Below are positions 19,385 through 29,023 of a DNA stretch of 64,000 bases, piece by piece; the first letter of the stretch is position 1, and every line of letters starts with the position of its first letter. A model generated the notes under the pieces. The model had not been told where the DNA came from and searched no databases. It saw only the letters and a list, made by a program, of their open reading frames with translations. This DNA comes from an uncultured Verrucomicrobiae bacterium (lineage in GTDB: Bacteria; Verrucomicrobiota; Verrucomicrobiia; Chthoniobacterales; JAFAMB01). The stretch spans positions 864,001-928,000 of the forward strand of contig CAWIPH010000002.1 in assembly GCA_963837955.1 (NCBI GenBank), read 5' to 3'. The translations under genes and the position numbers were made by a program.

Positions 19385-20638
19385 TTATTCACTATTCGGC
19401 TGCAGGCTCATCCGCGGCGCGATCAACGCGAAACGCTTTTGCAAAAATACTAGAAAATTGAAAACCCACAGGCGCCAACGAACTTCCGGCAAGCAGTGTT
19501 CGCTACCAGCGAGCACCGAATTCACCGCCGGAACCAGTTGAAAAAATTTCTGTGGATGAAAGAAGACCTCGGCAAATTCCTGGGTATACCACGAAGTGAC
19601 GAACTTCAGGTACAGGTCCATGACGCGGCCAACTTGACGCTCATAGCGAGCAAACTCAGCGGCTCGGCTCGGCGGTTGGCGCAGCACGCGGTCGATCATG
19701 TCGGCTGCTTTCTCGCCGGAAAGGACCGCTATGAAGACGCCGCTGCTCCAAATGGGGTCAATAAACCCTGCAGCATCCCCGGCTAGGACCCAACGGTCAC
19801 CGGTAAATCGCTTGTTTCGAAATGAGAAATCTCCGGTGGCGTGAACTTCAGTGACACGTTGGGCTCGCGACATCTGTTCGGTTACTTTGGGATTCGCCCG
19901 AAGAATCTGATCGAAAGCGTCTTGTGGCCCCAATCTCATTCGCTTGAAGGTCTGCGCATCGAGTACGACGCCGATGCTGGTCTTTTTCGCCGTTATCGGG
20001 ATTATCCAAATCCACCGATCCTTACCGCGGATCATCTTAGTCAATGTACCGTCGATCCCTGGTTCCCGGTCGACCCCTTCAAAGTGAGCAAAGAGCGAAA
20101 ATTTCCGAAGATGAGGATAGTTCTGGCGCAATTTAAACCGCGAGCCGATCACACTGTTACGGCCCGAACAATCGATCAAATATCTTGCCCGAAACGTATT
20201 GTCGGTGGTTCGGACGGTGGCGCCGTCCTCATCAAATTCCACATCGGACACGCAGGTGCCTGGCAAAACATGGCAACCGCTCTCGGCAGCGTGATCCAGC
20301 AGAAGCTTATCGAACATCGAACGCTCGACTTGGTAAGCAGTTGGATACTTGCACCGAAAGACATCACAAAAGAGAAACCGATTGCTTCGAGTGCCGCAGG
20401 CGGAAATGATCTTTCCGCCATATTTCACGATCACATCGGCCCGATCGATCTTCTCTTTGACGCCCATGCGCTCAAAGGTGCGGAGGCTACCGGGTAAGAG
20501 AGATTCTCCGATTTTGAAACGAGGAAATTGTTCCTTCTCCAAGATCGCAACGTTCCATCCATGTTTTGCCAACAAAGTTCCAGCGGTGCTACCCGCTGGC
20601 CCGCCGCCCACGATCACAACATCGAAGAACTCAGCCAT
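19385..20638 (-). CDS. FAD-dependent oxidoreductase of the flavin-dependent halogenase family
   Basis: GGGPAG, FPRFKIGESL, WIWIIP, GDAAGFIDP. Confidence 0.8.
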   Translation of the reverse strand: MAEFFDVVIVGGGPAGSTAGTLLAKHGWNVAILEKEQFPRFKIGESLLPGSLRTFERMGVKEKIDRADVIVKYGGKIISACGTRSNRFLFCDVFRCKYPTAYQVERSMFDKLLLDHAAESGCHVLPGTCVSDVEFDEDGATVRTTDNTFRARYLIDCSGRNSVIGSRFKLRQNYPHLRKFSLFAHFEGVDREPGIDGTLTKMIRGKDRWIWIIPITAKKTSIGVVLDAQTFKRMRLGPQDAFDQILRANPKVTEQMSRAQRVTEVHATGDFSFRNKRFTGDRWVLAGDAAGFIDPIWSSGVFIAVLSGEKAADMIDRVLRQPPSRAAEFARYERQVGRVMDLYLKFVTSWYTQEFAEVFFHPQKFFQLVPAVNSVLAGSEHCLPEVRWRLWVFNFLVFLQKRFALIAPRMSLQPNSE

Positions 20639-20740
20639 ACTAGTGCGCAAAAGCTGGCGTCAGTGAAGCACGTCGCATGGCTGTGTCACAGCGAAAAATA
20701 AACTAGCGATGAGGAGTCCCGGCGGTGAGGAGACGAGTTC

Positions 20741-21335
20741 CTAGGGCTTCATTGCCAGACAGTTGAGCCAGATCACCGGTTCGGCATCATACCCAACACC
20801 AGGAACTTCTCGGATTTGTAATGATACCCAAGGGGCCGCTCCTTCAAAAACCTCCCGCAAACGAACCAGTGAGAGATAATTGTAATAGCGGCCAAACCTG
20901 TCGCGGCCTTCTCCTTGACCGGCCTTGAAGCTAGCGAACAACACTCCGTTGGGACGCAAGACGCGATGAATTAGCGTGACGACATCGCTCAAAGAACCAA
21001 CCGGGACATGGAGGAGACATCCGCACGCCCACACACCGTGAAATTTCGCTTCTCCTGCAATTTCTCCAAACTGGAGAACAGCCACCGGCCGACGCAGGCG
21101 TCGCTCAGCTTGCCGCGCCATCTCAGGCGAGCCATCGGTAGGTGCCACGTTATATCCTTGACGCAACATTTCGGCGGAGTCGCGTCCTGAGCCGCACCCC
21201 AATTCCAGAATGGATGCGCCGAGTGGCAGGCAGGCCAGGAATTGCCCAAGACTGGCTGTCGCAGTCAGTCCAGTCCGTTCAGAATACCTCTTGACCGTAA
21301 AAATTCAATGTAGCTTCGTCCGCTGAGTCAGCCAT
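20741..21335 (-). pseudogene. Class I SAM-dependent methyltransferase, frameshifted
   Basis: The ATG 21335 frame reads MADSADEATLNFYGQEVF-stop; another frame from about 21287 reads YSERTG...SILELGCGSGRDS to the stop at 20741. Confidence 0.7.
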
Positions 21336-21534
21336 GCGCTAAAACCAAAGAAAAGCCTATCCACAGATTACATAGATTACGGTAGCCACGCCCCGAATAA
21401 CAGTCGGCATGATCCGAGCGGAGAACTTGCCGTCTTTCTGCATGCGCTGATCGGCATTCAAGCAAAAGGTCAGGATCGTTGTCGCGAGAATCGCCGCATT
21501 TGCCAATTTCAACGTAAAGACCGAAATCAAGCTT

Positions 21535-22128
21535 ATGATAAAAGGAAGCGAAAAACGGAAAGCCGATTATCCAATCGACGCAGTGTTTCTTGACCGCTGG
21601 TCACCCCGAGCAATGTCGGGCGAGGGGATTCCCGAAGAGGAGCTCTTAACCCTCTTTGAGGCAGCGCGATGGGCCCCTTCTTCCTTCAACAACCAGCCTT
21701 GGCGATTTCTGTACGCACGTCGAGATACAGTGCATTGGCCGCTCTTCTTCGATCTACTCGTCGACTTTAATAAAACTTGGGTCAAGGAGGCTGCCGCCCT
21801 AGTACTGTTTATTTCCAGGACGACTTTTGAGCATAACGATGAAATTTCTGTTACCCACTCGTTTGATACAGGCGCAGCGTGGGAAAATCTCGCGTTGCAG
21901 GGTACTCTGAAGGGCCTGGTCGTCCATGGCATGCAAGGCTTCGATTATGAGAAGGCCAGAACTTCACTCAAAATTCCCGAGGGATTTCAAGTCGAAGCGT
22001 TGGCGGCGATTGGCAAGCCGGGAAAAAAAGAGGATCTTCCGGAAAAGTTGCGGGAACGCGAAACTCCGAACGATCGCCGTAAATTGTCGGAAACAATTTT
22101 TGAAGGACCGTACGCTGGTGGCGCGTGA
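21535..22128 (+). CDS. Nitroreductase family protein
   Basis: RWSPRAMS, AARWAPSSFNNQPWRF, HGMQGFD. Confidence 0.93.
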   Translation: MIKGSEKRKADYPIDAVFLDRWSPRAMSGEGIPEEELLTLFEAARWAPSSFNNQPWRFLYARRDTVHWPLFFDLLVDFNKTWVKEAAALVLFISRTTFEHNDEISVTHSFDTGAAWENLALQGTLKGLVVHGMQGFDYEKARTSLKIPEGFQVEALAAIGKPGKKEDLPEKLRERETPNDRRKLSETIFEGPYAGGA

Positions 22129-22281
22129 GCAGCTGAAACGATCGGCCAGCGGATAAGGCAGCTGAGCGATTCGAATTGGGATCAGAGGACAGAAAGTCGC
22201 AGCGCGTCTCGAAAGACCCGACGGTCAATTCCTTGTTCGCTCAAAGCTTCGCGGCCGCCCGGCACGGACGGCGCTCGCCCA

Positions 22282-22449
22282 CTAATTATTTGGAGTCAAA
22301 ATTAGAAATCCCACATTAATTATTACCAGCGATGTAATTACGAGGCCGCAGAGGGCCGGGACAGAAGGGGTCAGAGCAACCAGATATGCCGCTAAATAAA
22401 AACCCCCAAGTGTCAGTTGCTCGCTCACGATTTTCTCTCCTTCTTGCAT
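22282..22449 (-). CDS. Putative small hydrophobic membrane protein (48-55 aa)
   Basis: Reads MQEGEKIVSEQLTLGGFYLAAYLVALTPSVPALCGLVITSLVIINVGFLILTPNN; AAGGAG lies ahead of the GTG at 22428. Confidence 0.3.
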   Translation of the reverse strand: MQEGEKIVSEQLTLGGFYLAAYLVALTPSVPALCGLVITSLVIINVGFLILTPNN

Positions 22450-22972
22450 TCTAATGTTTCGATTCTTCGCTTAATTTGGTCGTACGTAATTTTCCCGTAA
22501 ACCATCAACCCGATCGTACGGATTCCTTTGAGCCTATCCGAGTGAGGCCGATATTCTATCCAACGAAAGAGCGGTTCTCACTTACTCAAAAGAAGGATTT
22601 CCGCAACTGCCAGCTTAGCTGATGTAGAGAAAGAGGGGATTGGACAGAAGACCGCAAGGCGAAGAAGGATCGGTTTCCGCCCAGTCGAAGCCCGCCTGAA
22701 CGACCTTCGCCAAGGCTGTTTTGGATGGTTTCGATTTCATCTTTGTGAACTTCGCGGCTTCTGTTCAAAAAACGCCTACGCGCCGCGGGCCGGGACTAAC
22801 GTTTGATTCTTGACGCAACCCGGAGAACGGGAATCGAAACACTTCGGAAGCCTGGCGACTCAAGCGCGGAGGTCTGGTTTTGTCTTTGGAGCTCTCGCTA
22901 TTCGGAACGACGGGTTCGCACATCAGGAGTGAATAAAACACTAAAAAAAAGAGTTGTGTAACTTGGGCATTT

Positions 22973-23476
22973 ATGCAAACGTCTTTTCGAACAATGAAAA
23001 ATACATTCACCTTTTGTGCTTTAACGCTATTGCTCGGCACGGCTGTGGTCGCTCCTTCTTACGGGCAGGACTCCGGGGCTGTGCAAACTGTTCCCAATTC
23101 CTCGGGAAATCTCCAGGGTGGTTCCCAGAATGGAGGCAAGAAACGCCACGCCTCACCGGATGCGATGAAGAAACGCCAACTCAGCATGTTGAGAAAAGAG
23201 GCGGGACTCACTCCAGACCAGGAATCGAAGGTGACCCCAATCATCAGCAAGTACGTAGATGACGTTGTCGCCCTGAAAAATGACAGCTCTCTGGTTGGCG
23301 CAGCCAAGAGAGAGAGGAAAAAGACCCTGCATAGTCAATACGTGACTGACATCAACGGCGTCCTAACTCCCGATCAGCAAAAGAGTTGGGCAACCGCAAA
23401 TGCCGCACGCATAGAGCGTCTGCGAGCTGCACGATCAGGCGCTCAACCGAGTGCTTCTCCTGCTGCGAACGAGTAG
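22973..23476 (+). CDS. Secreted LTXXQ-motif (Spy/CpxP-like) protein
   Basis: Signal peptide; two LTPDQ motifs; helical and basic. Confidence 0.65.
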   Translation: MQTSFRTMKNTFTFCALTLLLGTAVVAPSYGQDSGAVQTVPNSSGNLQGGSQNGGKKRHASPDAMKKRQLSMLRKEAGLTPDQESKVTPIISKYVDDVVALKNDSSLVGAAKRERKKTLHSQYVTDINGVLTPDQQKSWATANAARIERLRAARSGAQPSASPAANE

Positions 23477-23899
23477 GAGGGTGGACGAGACCAGCTCAGG
23501 CAAATCCGCCCAAGGCGCCAAGGATGAAAAACAGTAGAAAAGAAGCCGGCGCCAAGGTGCGAGTTTTTTCTAGGAGGTGGGGCTGGAAGCGCCGGTAAAT
23601 TAGACGGCAGAAACAAATGCCCCCTCTTCATCGAAGTTGTCGCCATGGTGGGGAGGGTGGCCTTCGATCCCCGCGGATCGGAAGGCCGACTCTGCGTCCT
23701 CAGTTAACTTGGGATCGCATCCCAGCAGCCCACTTGAGCAAACACCAGTGAACTTGGCGCTACGTCGGCTTCGCGATAGCGGGGCCGTCGTCGCTCCCTG
23801 GTCTAGGTGCGTTGGCTTTCATGTATGGCTTTGAGCTAGTTTAGTCTTGTAATTGTCGTCTTGGCGTTTTTGCGTAAGAGAGCTTTTAGGAACCACACC

Positions 23900-24682
23900 A
23901 TGAGACTAGAAGGTAAATCCGCTGTAGTCACGGGGTCTGCCACAGGAATCGGGAAAGCGATCGCGGAAGGATTCGCTAGAGAAGGCGCGCGTGTTGCGAT
24001 CGCCGACTTGAATTTGCAAGGAGCGGAATCAGTTGCTCACGAAATTCGATCCCGAAAGGCAACGGCGATTCCGGTGCAGATGGATGTTTCCAGCGAAAAA
24101 TCTGTCGAGTCTGCGTTTGAAAATATCCTCAAGGAGTTCGGCTCGGTAGACATCCTCCTCAGCAACGCCGGAATACAGATAATAAACCCGATCGTCGATT
24201 TTCCATTCGCGGACTGGCAAAAAATTATCGCAGTTCATCTCCACGGTGCTTTTCTAACCACTCGTGCTGCGATGCGATCGATGATCGCTAGCGGCAACGG
24301 TGGATGTATTTTATATACCGGGTCAATCCACTCCCACATTGCCTCTCCAAACAAGAGCGCTTACGTAGCGGCGAAACACGCCCTGAGCGGTCTCACCAAG
24401 TCGGTGGCGAAAGAAGGAGCGAAGCACAAGATTCGGGCAAATCTAATCTCGCCTGGCTTTGTTCGAACGGCTCTGGTCGAAAAACAGATTCCGGAACAGG
24501 CGCGCCAGCTCGGCGTTACTGAAGCAGAAGTAGTGAAGAACGTGATGCTAGGAGCAACCGTGGACGGCGAGTTTACCTCGCTCGAAGATCTGGCGGAGAC
24601 GGCAATTTTTTTGGCTGCCTTCCCGACGCTCGCGTTGACTGGCCAATCGATCGTAGTCAGTCATGGTCATTTCATGCATTAG
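23900..24682 (+). CDS. bdhA: 3-hydroxybutyrate dehydrogenase
   Basis: NAGIQ, SPNKSAYVAAKH, PGFVRTALVEKQIPEQA, SHG C-terminus. Confidence 0.88.
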   Translation: MRLEGKSAVVTGSATGIGKAIAEGFAREGARVAIADLNLQGAESVAHEIRSRKATAIPVQMDVSSEKSVESAFENILKEFGSVDILLSNAGIQIINPIVDFPFADWQKIIAVHLHGAFLTTRAAMRSMIASGNGGCILYTGSIHSHIASPNKSAYVAAKHALSGLTKSVAKEGAKHKIRANLISPGFVRTALVEKQIPEQARQLGVTEAEVVKNVMLGATVDGEFTSLEDLAETAIFLAAFPTLALTGQSIVVSHGHFMH

Positions 24683-25035
24683 CGCATGTCCTGAAATTGC
24701 TCTGCGCTAGACTTCGTACTCGAAAATCACCCAAATCTTTCTCGTTGTTTTCGTGAGCGCAGGATAGAGATGATAGCAGTTTCGCCTTACCGCTGTCGGC
24801 CGAATTTTTCGAGGGTTTGCAATCGAAAGGCCCGAAAAAAACATGATTGTCACGACCTGCTGTTTGCGGCAAGAATTCCTGCCTCAACTATCCCCCCTAT
24901 GCATACTCCTCTTGTCCGAGATCGGGCCGAGAAAGCAGGATCTTTGCTTCTCATCCGCCCATGGAAACGGTGCGACCCGATGTTGGTAATCGCTCAACCT
25001 AAGTTTTGGCCTGCCAACGCTAGAGGTTATCAAGT

Positions 25036-26370
25036 ATGAGCTCATCGGAACCCAAGAGTGATCGCGGGATGTTAGTGAAAGCCGTCGTAGCGAGTACGAT
25101 CGGCACCGCCATTGAGTGGTACGACTTCTTTCTCTACAGCACGGTCACGCCGCTCGTGTTTGCAAAATTGTTCTTCCCGAATTCCGACCCGTTGGTTGGC
25201 ACGCTGCAAGCGTTCCTCGTGTACTTCGTCGGCTTTCTCGCGCGCCCGGTTGGCGCGTTTATTTTTGGCCATTTCGGTGATCGCGCTGGCCGGAAGGCGG
25301 CGTTGATCTCGACGCTTCTCTTGATGGGAATCGCCACGTTTCTCGTCGCGTTTGTGCCCGGCTACAACATGATTGGCATCTGGGGAGCAGTCATCTTAAC
25401 CGTACTTCGATTTCTGCAGGGTGTTGGCGTTGGAGGCGAGTGGGGAGGGTCAGTTCTTTTGGCGATGGAATGGACCAAGAGTTTCGGGAATCGCGGATTC
25501 GTCGCTTCCTGGCCTCAGTTCGGCGTACCTGTCGGATTGTTCCTGGCAAATCTCGCCGTACTTGGTTTTAGCGCATTCTCCGGTTCTCAGGAACAATTTT
25601 TGGCCTGGGGTTGGCGCATCCCGTTCTTGCTGAGCGCGCTGTTGGTGCTTGTTGGCCTATGGATCCGGCTTGGGATATTGGAAACCCCGACGTTTACCCG
25701 GCTGGTGGAGCAGAACAAATTGGAGCAAACTCCATCGCTAGAGGTTTTTCGGCGCCATCCGAGACCTATTTTTCTCTCCCCACTGGTACGAATGGCGGAG
25801 CAAGCCCCGTTTTATCTGTTTACGGCGTTCGTCTTCACTTATGGCACTCAACAGTTAAAGCTGAGCCGGGAGCTCTTGCTCAACGCCGTGATGTTGTTTG
25901 CGGTGATCGAGTTTTTCACCATTCCCTTTTCCGGATTTATCTCTGACCGGATCGGGCGCAAACGCACCTATTTGATTGGGACCGTCGCGGTGTTCGTTGT
26001 CGGATTCCTTTTTATCGCGCTTATGAATACTAAGGATCCAACGTTGGTAGTACTGGGTATCGTCCTTGGCGCCATTCCGCATTCTCTCCTATATGGGCCC
26101 CAAGCGGCCTTAATCGCCGAGCAGTTCACTCCCCGAATGCGCTACAGTGGTGCGTCAATCGGCTATCAGCTCGCGTCGATTATCGCCGGTGGTCCGGCGC
26201 CGTTGATTGCCACCTGGCTGTTGGCGACGTTCGCGACCGGGGCTGCAGTCTCTTGGTACATTGCTGTCTGCGCAGTGATTTCGTTTATTGCGACGCTTTT
26301 CATGACGGAGTATTCGCGTCGCGAAATTCACGAAGAATACGAGCAGGTGGGGCGTCCAACTAAGGCATAG
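25036..26370 (+). CDS. MFS transporter, MHS/ShiA family
   Basis: GTAIEWYDFFLY, GDRAGRK, GGEWGG, ETPTF. Confidence 0.93.
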   Translation: MSSSEPKSDRGMLVKAVVASTIGTAIEWYDFFLYSTVTPLVFAKLFFPNSDPLVGTLQAFLVYFVGFLARPVGAFIFGHFGDRAGRKAALISTLLLMGIATFLVAFVPGYNMIGIWGAVILTVLRFLQGVGVGGEWGGSVLLAMEWTKSFGNRGFVASWPQFGVPVGLFLANLAVLGFSAFSGSQEQFLAWGWRIPFLLSALLVLVGLWIRLGILETPTFTRLVEQNKLEQTPSLEVFRRHPRPIFLSPLVRMAEQAPFYLFTAFVFTYGTQQLKLSRELLLNAVMLFAVIEFFTIPFSGFISDRIGRKRTYLIGTVAVFVVGFLFIALMNTKDPTLVVLGIVLGAIPHSLLYGPQAALIAEQFTPRMRYSGASIGYQLASIIAGGPAPLIATWLLATFATGAAVSWYIAVCAVISFIATLFMTEYSRREIHEEYEQVGRPTKA

Positions 26371-26814
26371 TCGACAGGCTCGCCCCGCCCATCAAGGGTA
26401 TGTACCGTCACAGGAATCCCGCCCTCGTGGGTAGGGCGAAGCAGTCCGGCCAAATGCCGCCGCGTGGCAGGGCCAAACGACAGCGCCGGACTGTGAGCCT
26501 TGCTGCCCCATTGTTTGGCTCACACGTAACAGTCTGAAACTGAATTGGGGAGATCATTGTATTCGGGGATATTGACCTGGGCGTAACATCTCACAGCAGC
26601 GACACGGAGCGCGTGGCAGAAAGAAGCCGTGGCCAAGAAACAAGATATGGGAAACGGTAGGGCGAAAGCCTGGTCCTGGCAGGCGCCAAAGCAGCTTGAG
26701 CCGTTGTGGTTTCACCTGAAGCGATTGCCTTTCCTATCTTGAAACCGTGCTGATGAGCTCCACAAGAAAGACGCAACGGCGGTTCATTTTCAGACAGCTC
26801 AAACCCGGTGCTAC

Positions 26815-27585
26815 TTAGCTGGATTTCCAAGCAGTAATGTCCGCGGACGCCACGTAGTCATCGAGCTTGCCCGTCGAAGTGTCGCCCTGAATAAACTCGC
26901 TACTCGTTCTTTTTACTTGGATACCCACGCGTTCGAAACCGGCTGCGACGAGCCATTCTTTTATCTCATCGACCGAGACAGCACCCGCGAGGCAGCCGGT
27001 GTAGGCCGCCACGTCCTCTTGAAGCTCCTGAGGGAGAGGCGCAATTGCGACCATGTCAGCAACCGCAAAGCGCCCTCCGCTCTTCAAGACACGAAACGCT
27101 TCGCGGTAGACGCGCCGTTTGTCGGTCGAGAGATTGATTACGCAGTTCGATATCACTGCATCAGCCGTCCGATCAGCCACCGGTAAGTTTTCAATTTCAC
27201 CCAAGCGGAACTCGACGTTGGTAAACCTGCCAGCAATGGCATTCTTTCTGGCCCGCGCCAACATCTGAGGAGTCATATCGACGCCGATAACCGCTCCGGC
27301 CGGACCAACTTCTTTCGAGGCAAGAAAGCAATCGACTCCTCCGCCGCTGCCGAGATCAACGACGACTTCTCCGGATCGTAGCTTGGCGAATGAAATAGGA
27401 TTGCCGCATCCTAGACCCATCTCCGATCGCTCTGGCAGCGCGGCCAGATCTTCCTTCGTGTACCCAAGCTTTTGCGAAATACCTTCGGTCTGACAGGATT
27501 CTTTTTCAGAGCAGCAGCTCCGCGCGTCTTCAGCAACGCTGGCGTAGTGCTCTCGTACCTTCTCTCGCATGTCAATTTCATTCAT
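26815..27585 (-). CDS. arsM: Arsenite methyltransferase
   Basis: GLGCGNP, DLGSGGGVDCF, ISNCVINLS, TGCLAGA; GGAG RBS. Confidence 0.92.
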   Translation of the reverse strand: MNEIDMREKVREHYASVAEDARSCCSEKESCQTEGISQKLGYTKEDLAALPERSEMGLGCGNPISFAKLRSGEVVVDLGSGGGVDCFLASKEVGPAGAVIGVDMTPQMLARARKNAIAGRFTNVEFRLGEIENLPVADRTADAVISNCVINLSTDKRRVYREAFRVLKSGGRFAVADMVAIAPLPQELQEDVAAYTGCLAGAVSVDEIKEWLVAAGFERVGIQVKRTSSEFIQGDTSTGKLDDYVASADITAWKSS

Positions 27586-27662
27586 AAATGTGTCTCCATA
27601 GAAGAAGACGCCGTTTCCGAAGAAAGGACGCAGAAAGAAAGGTCGGCGCCTTGCGTCTGCTA

Positions 27663-27896
27663 GGGGTGCGCGCACGAAACGGAAAATAAAGCACGGTAAG
27701 GAGCGAAATCTCCTCGTGGATGAGAGTGCGAACGTTGGTCAGCAAGGCTAAATCCTGCGCAACAAGGCAGCCGGTGTGTCCCATGCCAGTCGTCACATAA
27801 AACGAGCTGTAATCGAATTCTGGAGCGTTTTCTTTTCGTTGAATAATCCTTGGAAGGCCTAGACGTACTTTATTTTCCGTTTCGTGTGCGGACCCC
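27663..27896. mobile_element. 234-bp Tn3-type miniature inverted-repeat element, copy 1
   Basis: Ends GGGGTGCGCGCACGAAACGGAAAATAAAGCACGGTAAG and CTAGACGTACTTTATTTTCCGTTTCGTGTGCGGACCCC; no transposase. Confidence 0.92.
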
Positions 27897-28830
27897 GTAT
27901 AGCCGGTGCCACAGGCGCCATCCGGGCCGCACAGCGTGGCGTGAATGCTCTGTTGATTGAGCAAAACGGTGGTGCCTTTGGTCTCCAAGCCCGGAGCAAC
28001 AGCCGCTGGATAGATCCAGTACAGTATGACTGGCCGGCCGGACACTGGGACCAATCGAGATACCCTCTGCGTCCGCCGCCGATGCCGCTTGGGTTTTATG
28101 CTGGATATTCACGGAACTTGGCGATCTACTGGGATGCCCTGCTTCACCGCCATATCGTTCTAAACCGACCTCGCCTCAACTATCAGCGCAATGTCCGGGT
28201 CGTCGGGGTTTGGCCGGGAACTCGATCAGCGCTTTTTATTAATCTGCAGACCCCAATGGGTTCTGGAAGCTTGCACGCTGATTTGGTGATCTGGGCCGTC
28301 GGCTTTGGGGACGAGAAGACCAGTATCCAACGCAAAACGGGGGGACACTCTCCGGTCCACCATTCTGGTCTAGCGACAAAGTGCAAGATCCACGATGCGG
28401 TATCGTTAATACTCAGAGCCGCGTGTTGATTCTGGGATCCGGCGACGGAGCTTTGCAGGACTTTCTTCGAGCAGCAACAGCGGAACGGTCGGCTCGAGAG
28501 ATCTGGAATAAGTTAGGGATGCCTGGTCAGATTTTGACTGAAGCGCAAGATGTCGAGGCCCAGTTTCATAGGGCTTTGACTTGGTGCAATGGCGGCGTTG
28601 ATGAAGCACGCTTGTTTGAAACCCGCGACAAGTCCTACCGCGACTGAGTTGACCGCCTGTGGTTGATGTCTGGGTTCCCGGCCCGTGCGGCGAGCGTCCT
28701 GCGCACCGATATAGACTCACTAATAGTGGCTTTCCCTACGACTTATCTGACGGCGTACTATGGGCTGAATTGCATATTGGCAAGGATCATCGGGCGAGCA
28801 AGGGCTGACGTGCATGGGCTGTCGATCGAT
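27897..28830 (+). pseudogene. Decayed FAD-dependent oxidoreductase resembling FMO-type conflict-system effectors
   Basis: Starts inside GxGxxG (xIAGATGA); LQARSNSRWIDPVQYDWP, AVGFGDE, ILGSGDGALQD; frameshift near 28340; in-frame TGA at 28645-28647; 3' end approximate. Confidence 0.6.
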
Positions 28831-29023
28831 GAAGTGTTACGCTGTTGCTGGAAAGCGCGAGATGGAGATTTTACGGGTAGTCCACCGGGACTTCGTTTCA
28901 TTGCCGCTGTCAAGACGAGGCACAAAGTTAAGCCCTGATCCTTGCAATTTTGACAGCCCTTTCAAGAAGGCTGGTTTTTCACCTTTCTTACGACAATAAT
29001 TGATCGATCCGGAAAACCGCCCC

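Noticed and set aside
27578..28054. ORFs 27578-28054 and 35471-36199 sharing an identical peptide
   Set aside because: The shared sequence is simply the translated 234-bp miniature element
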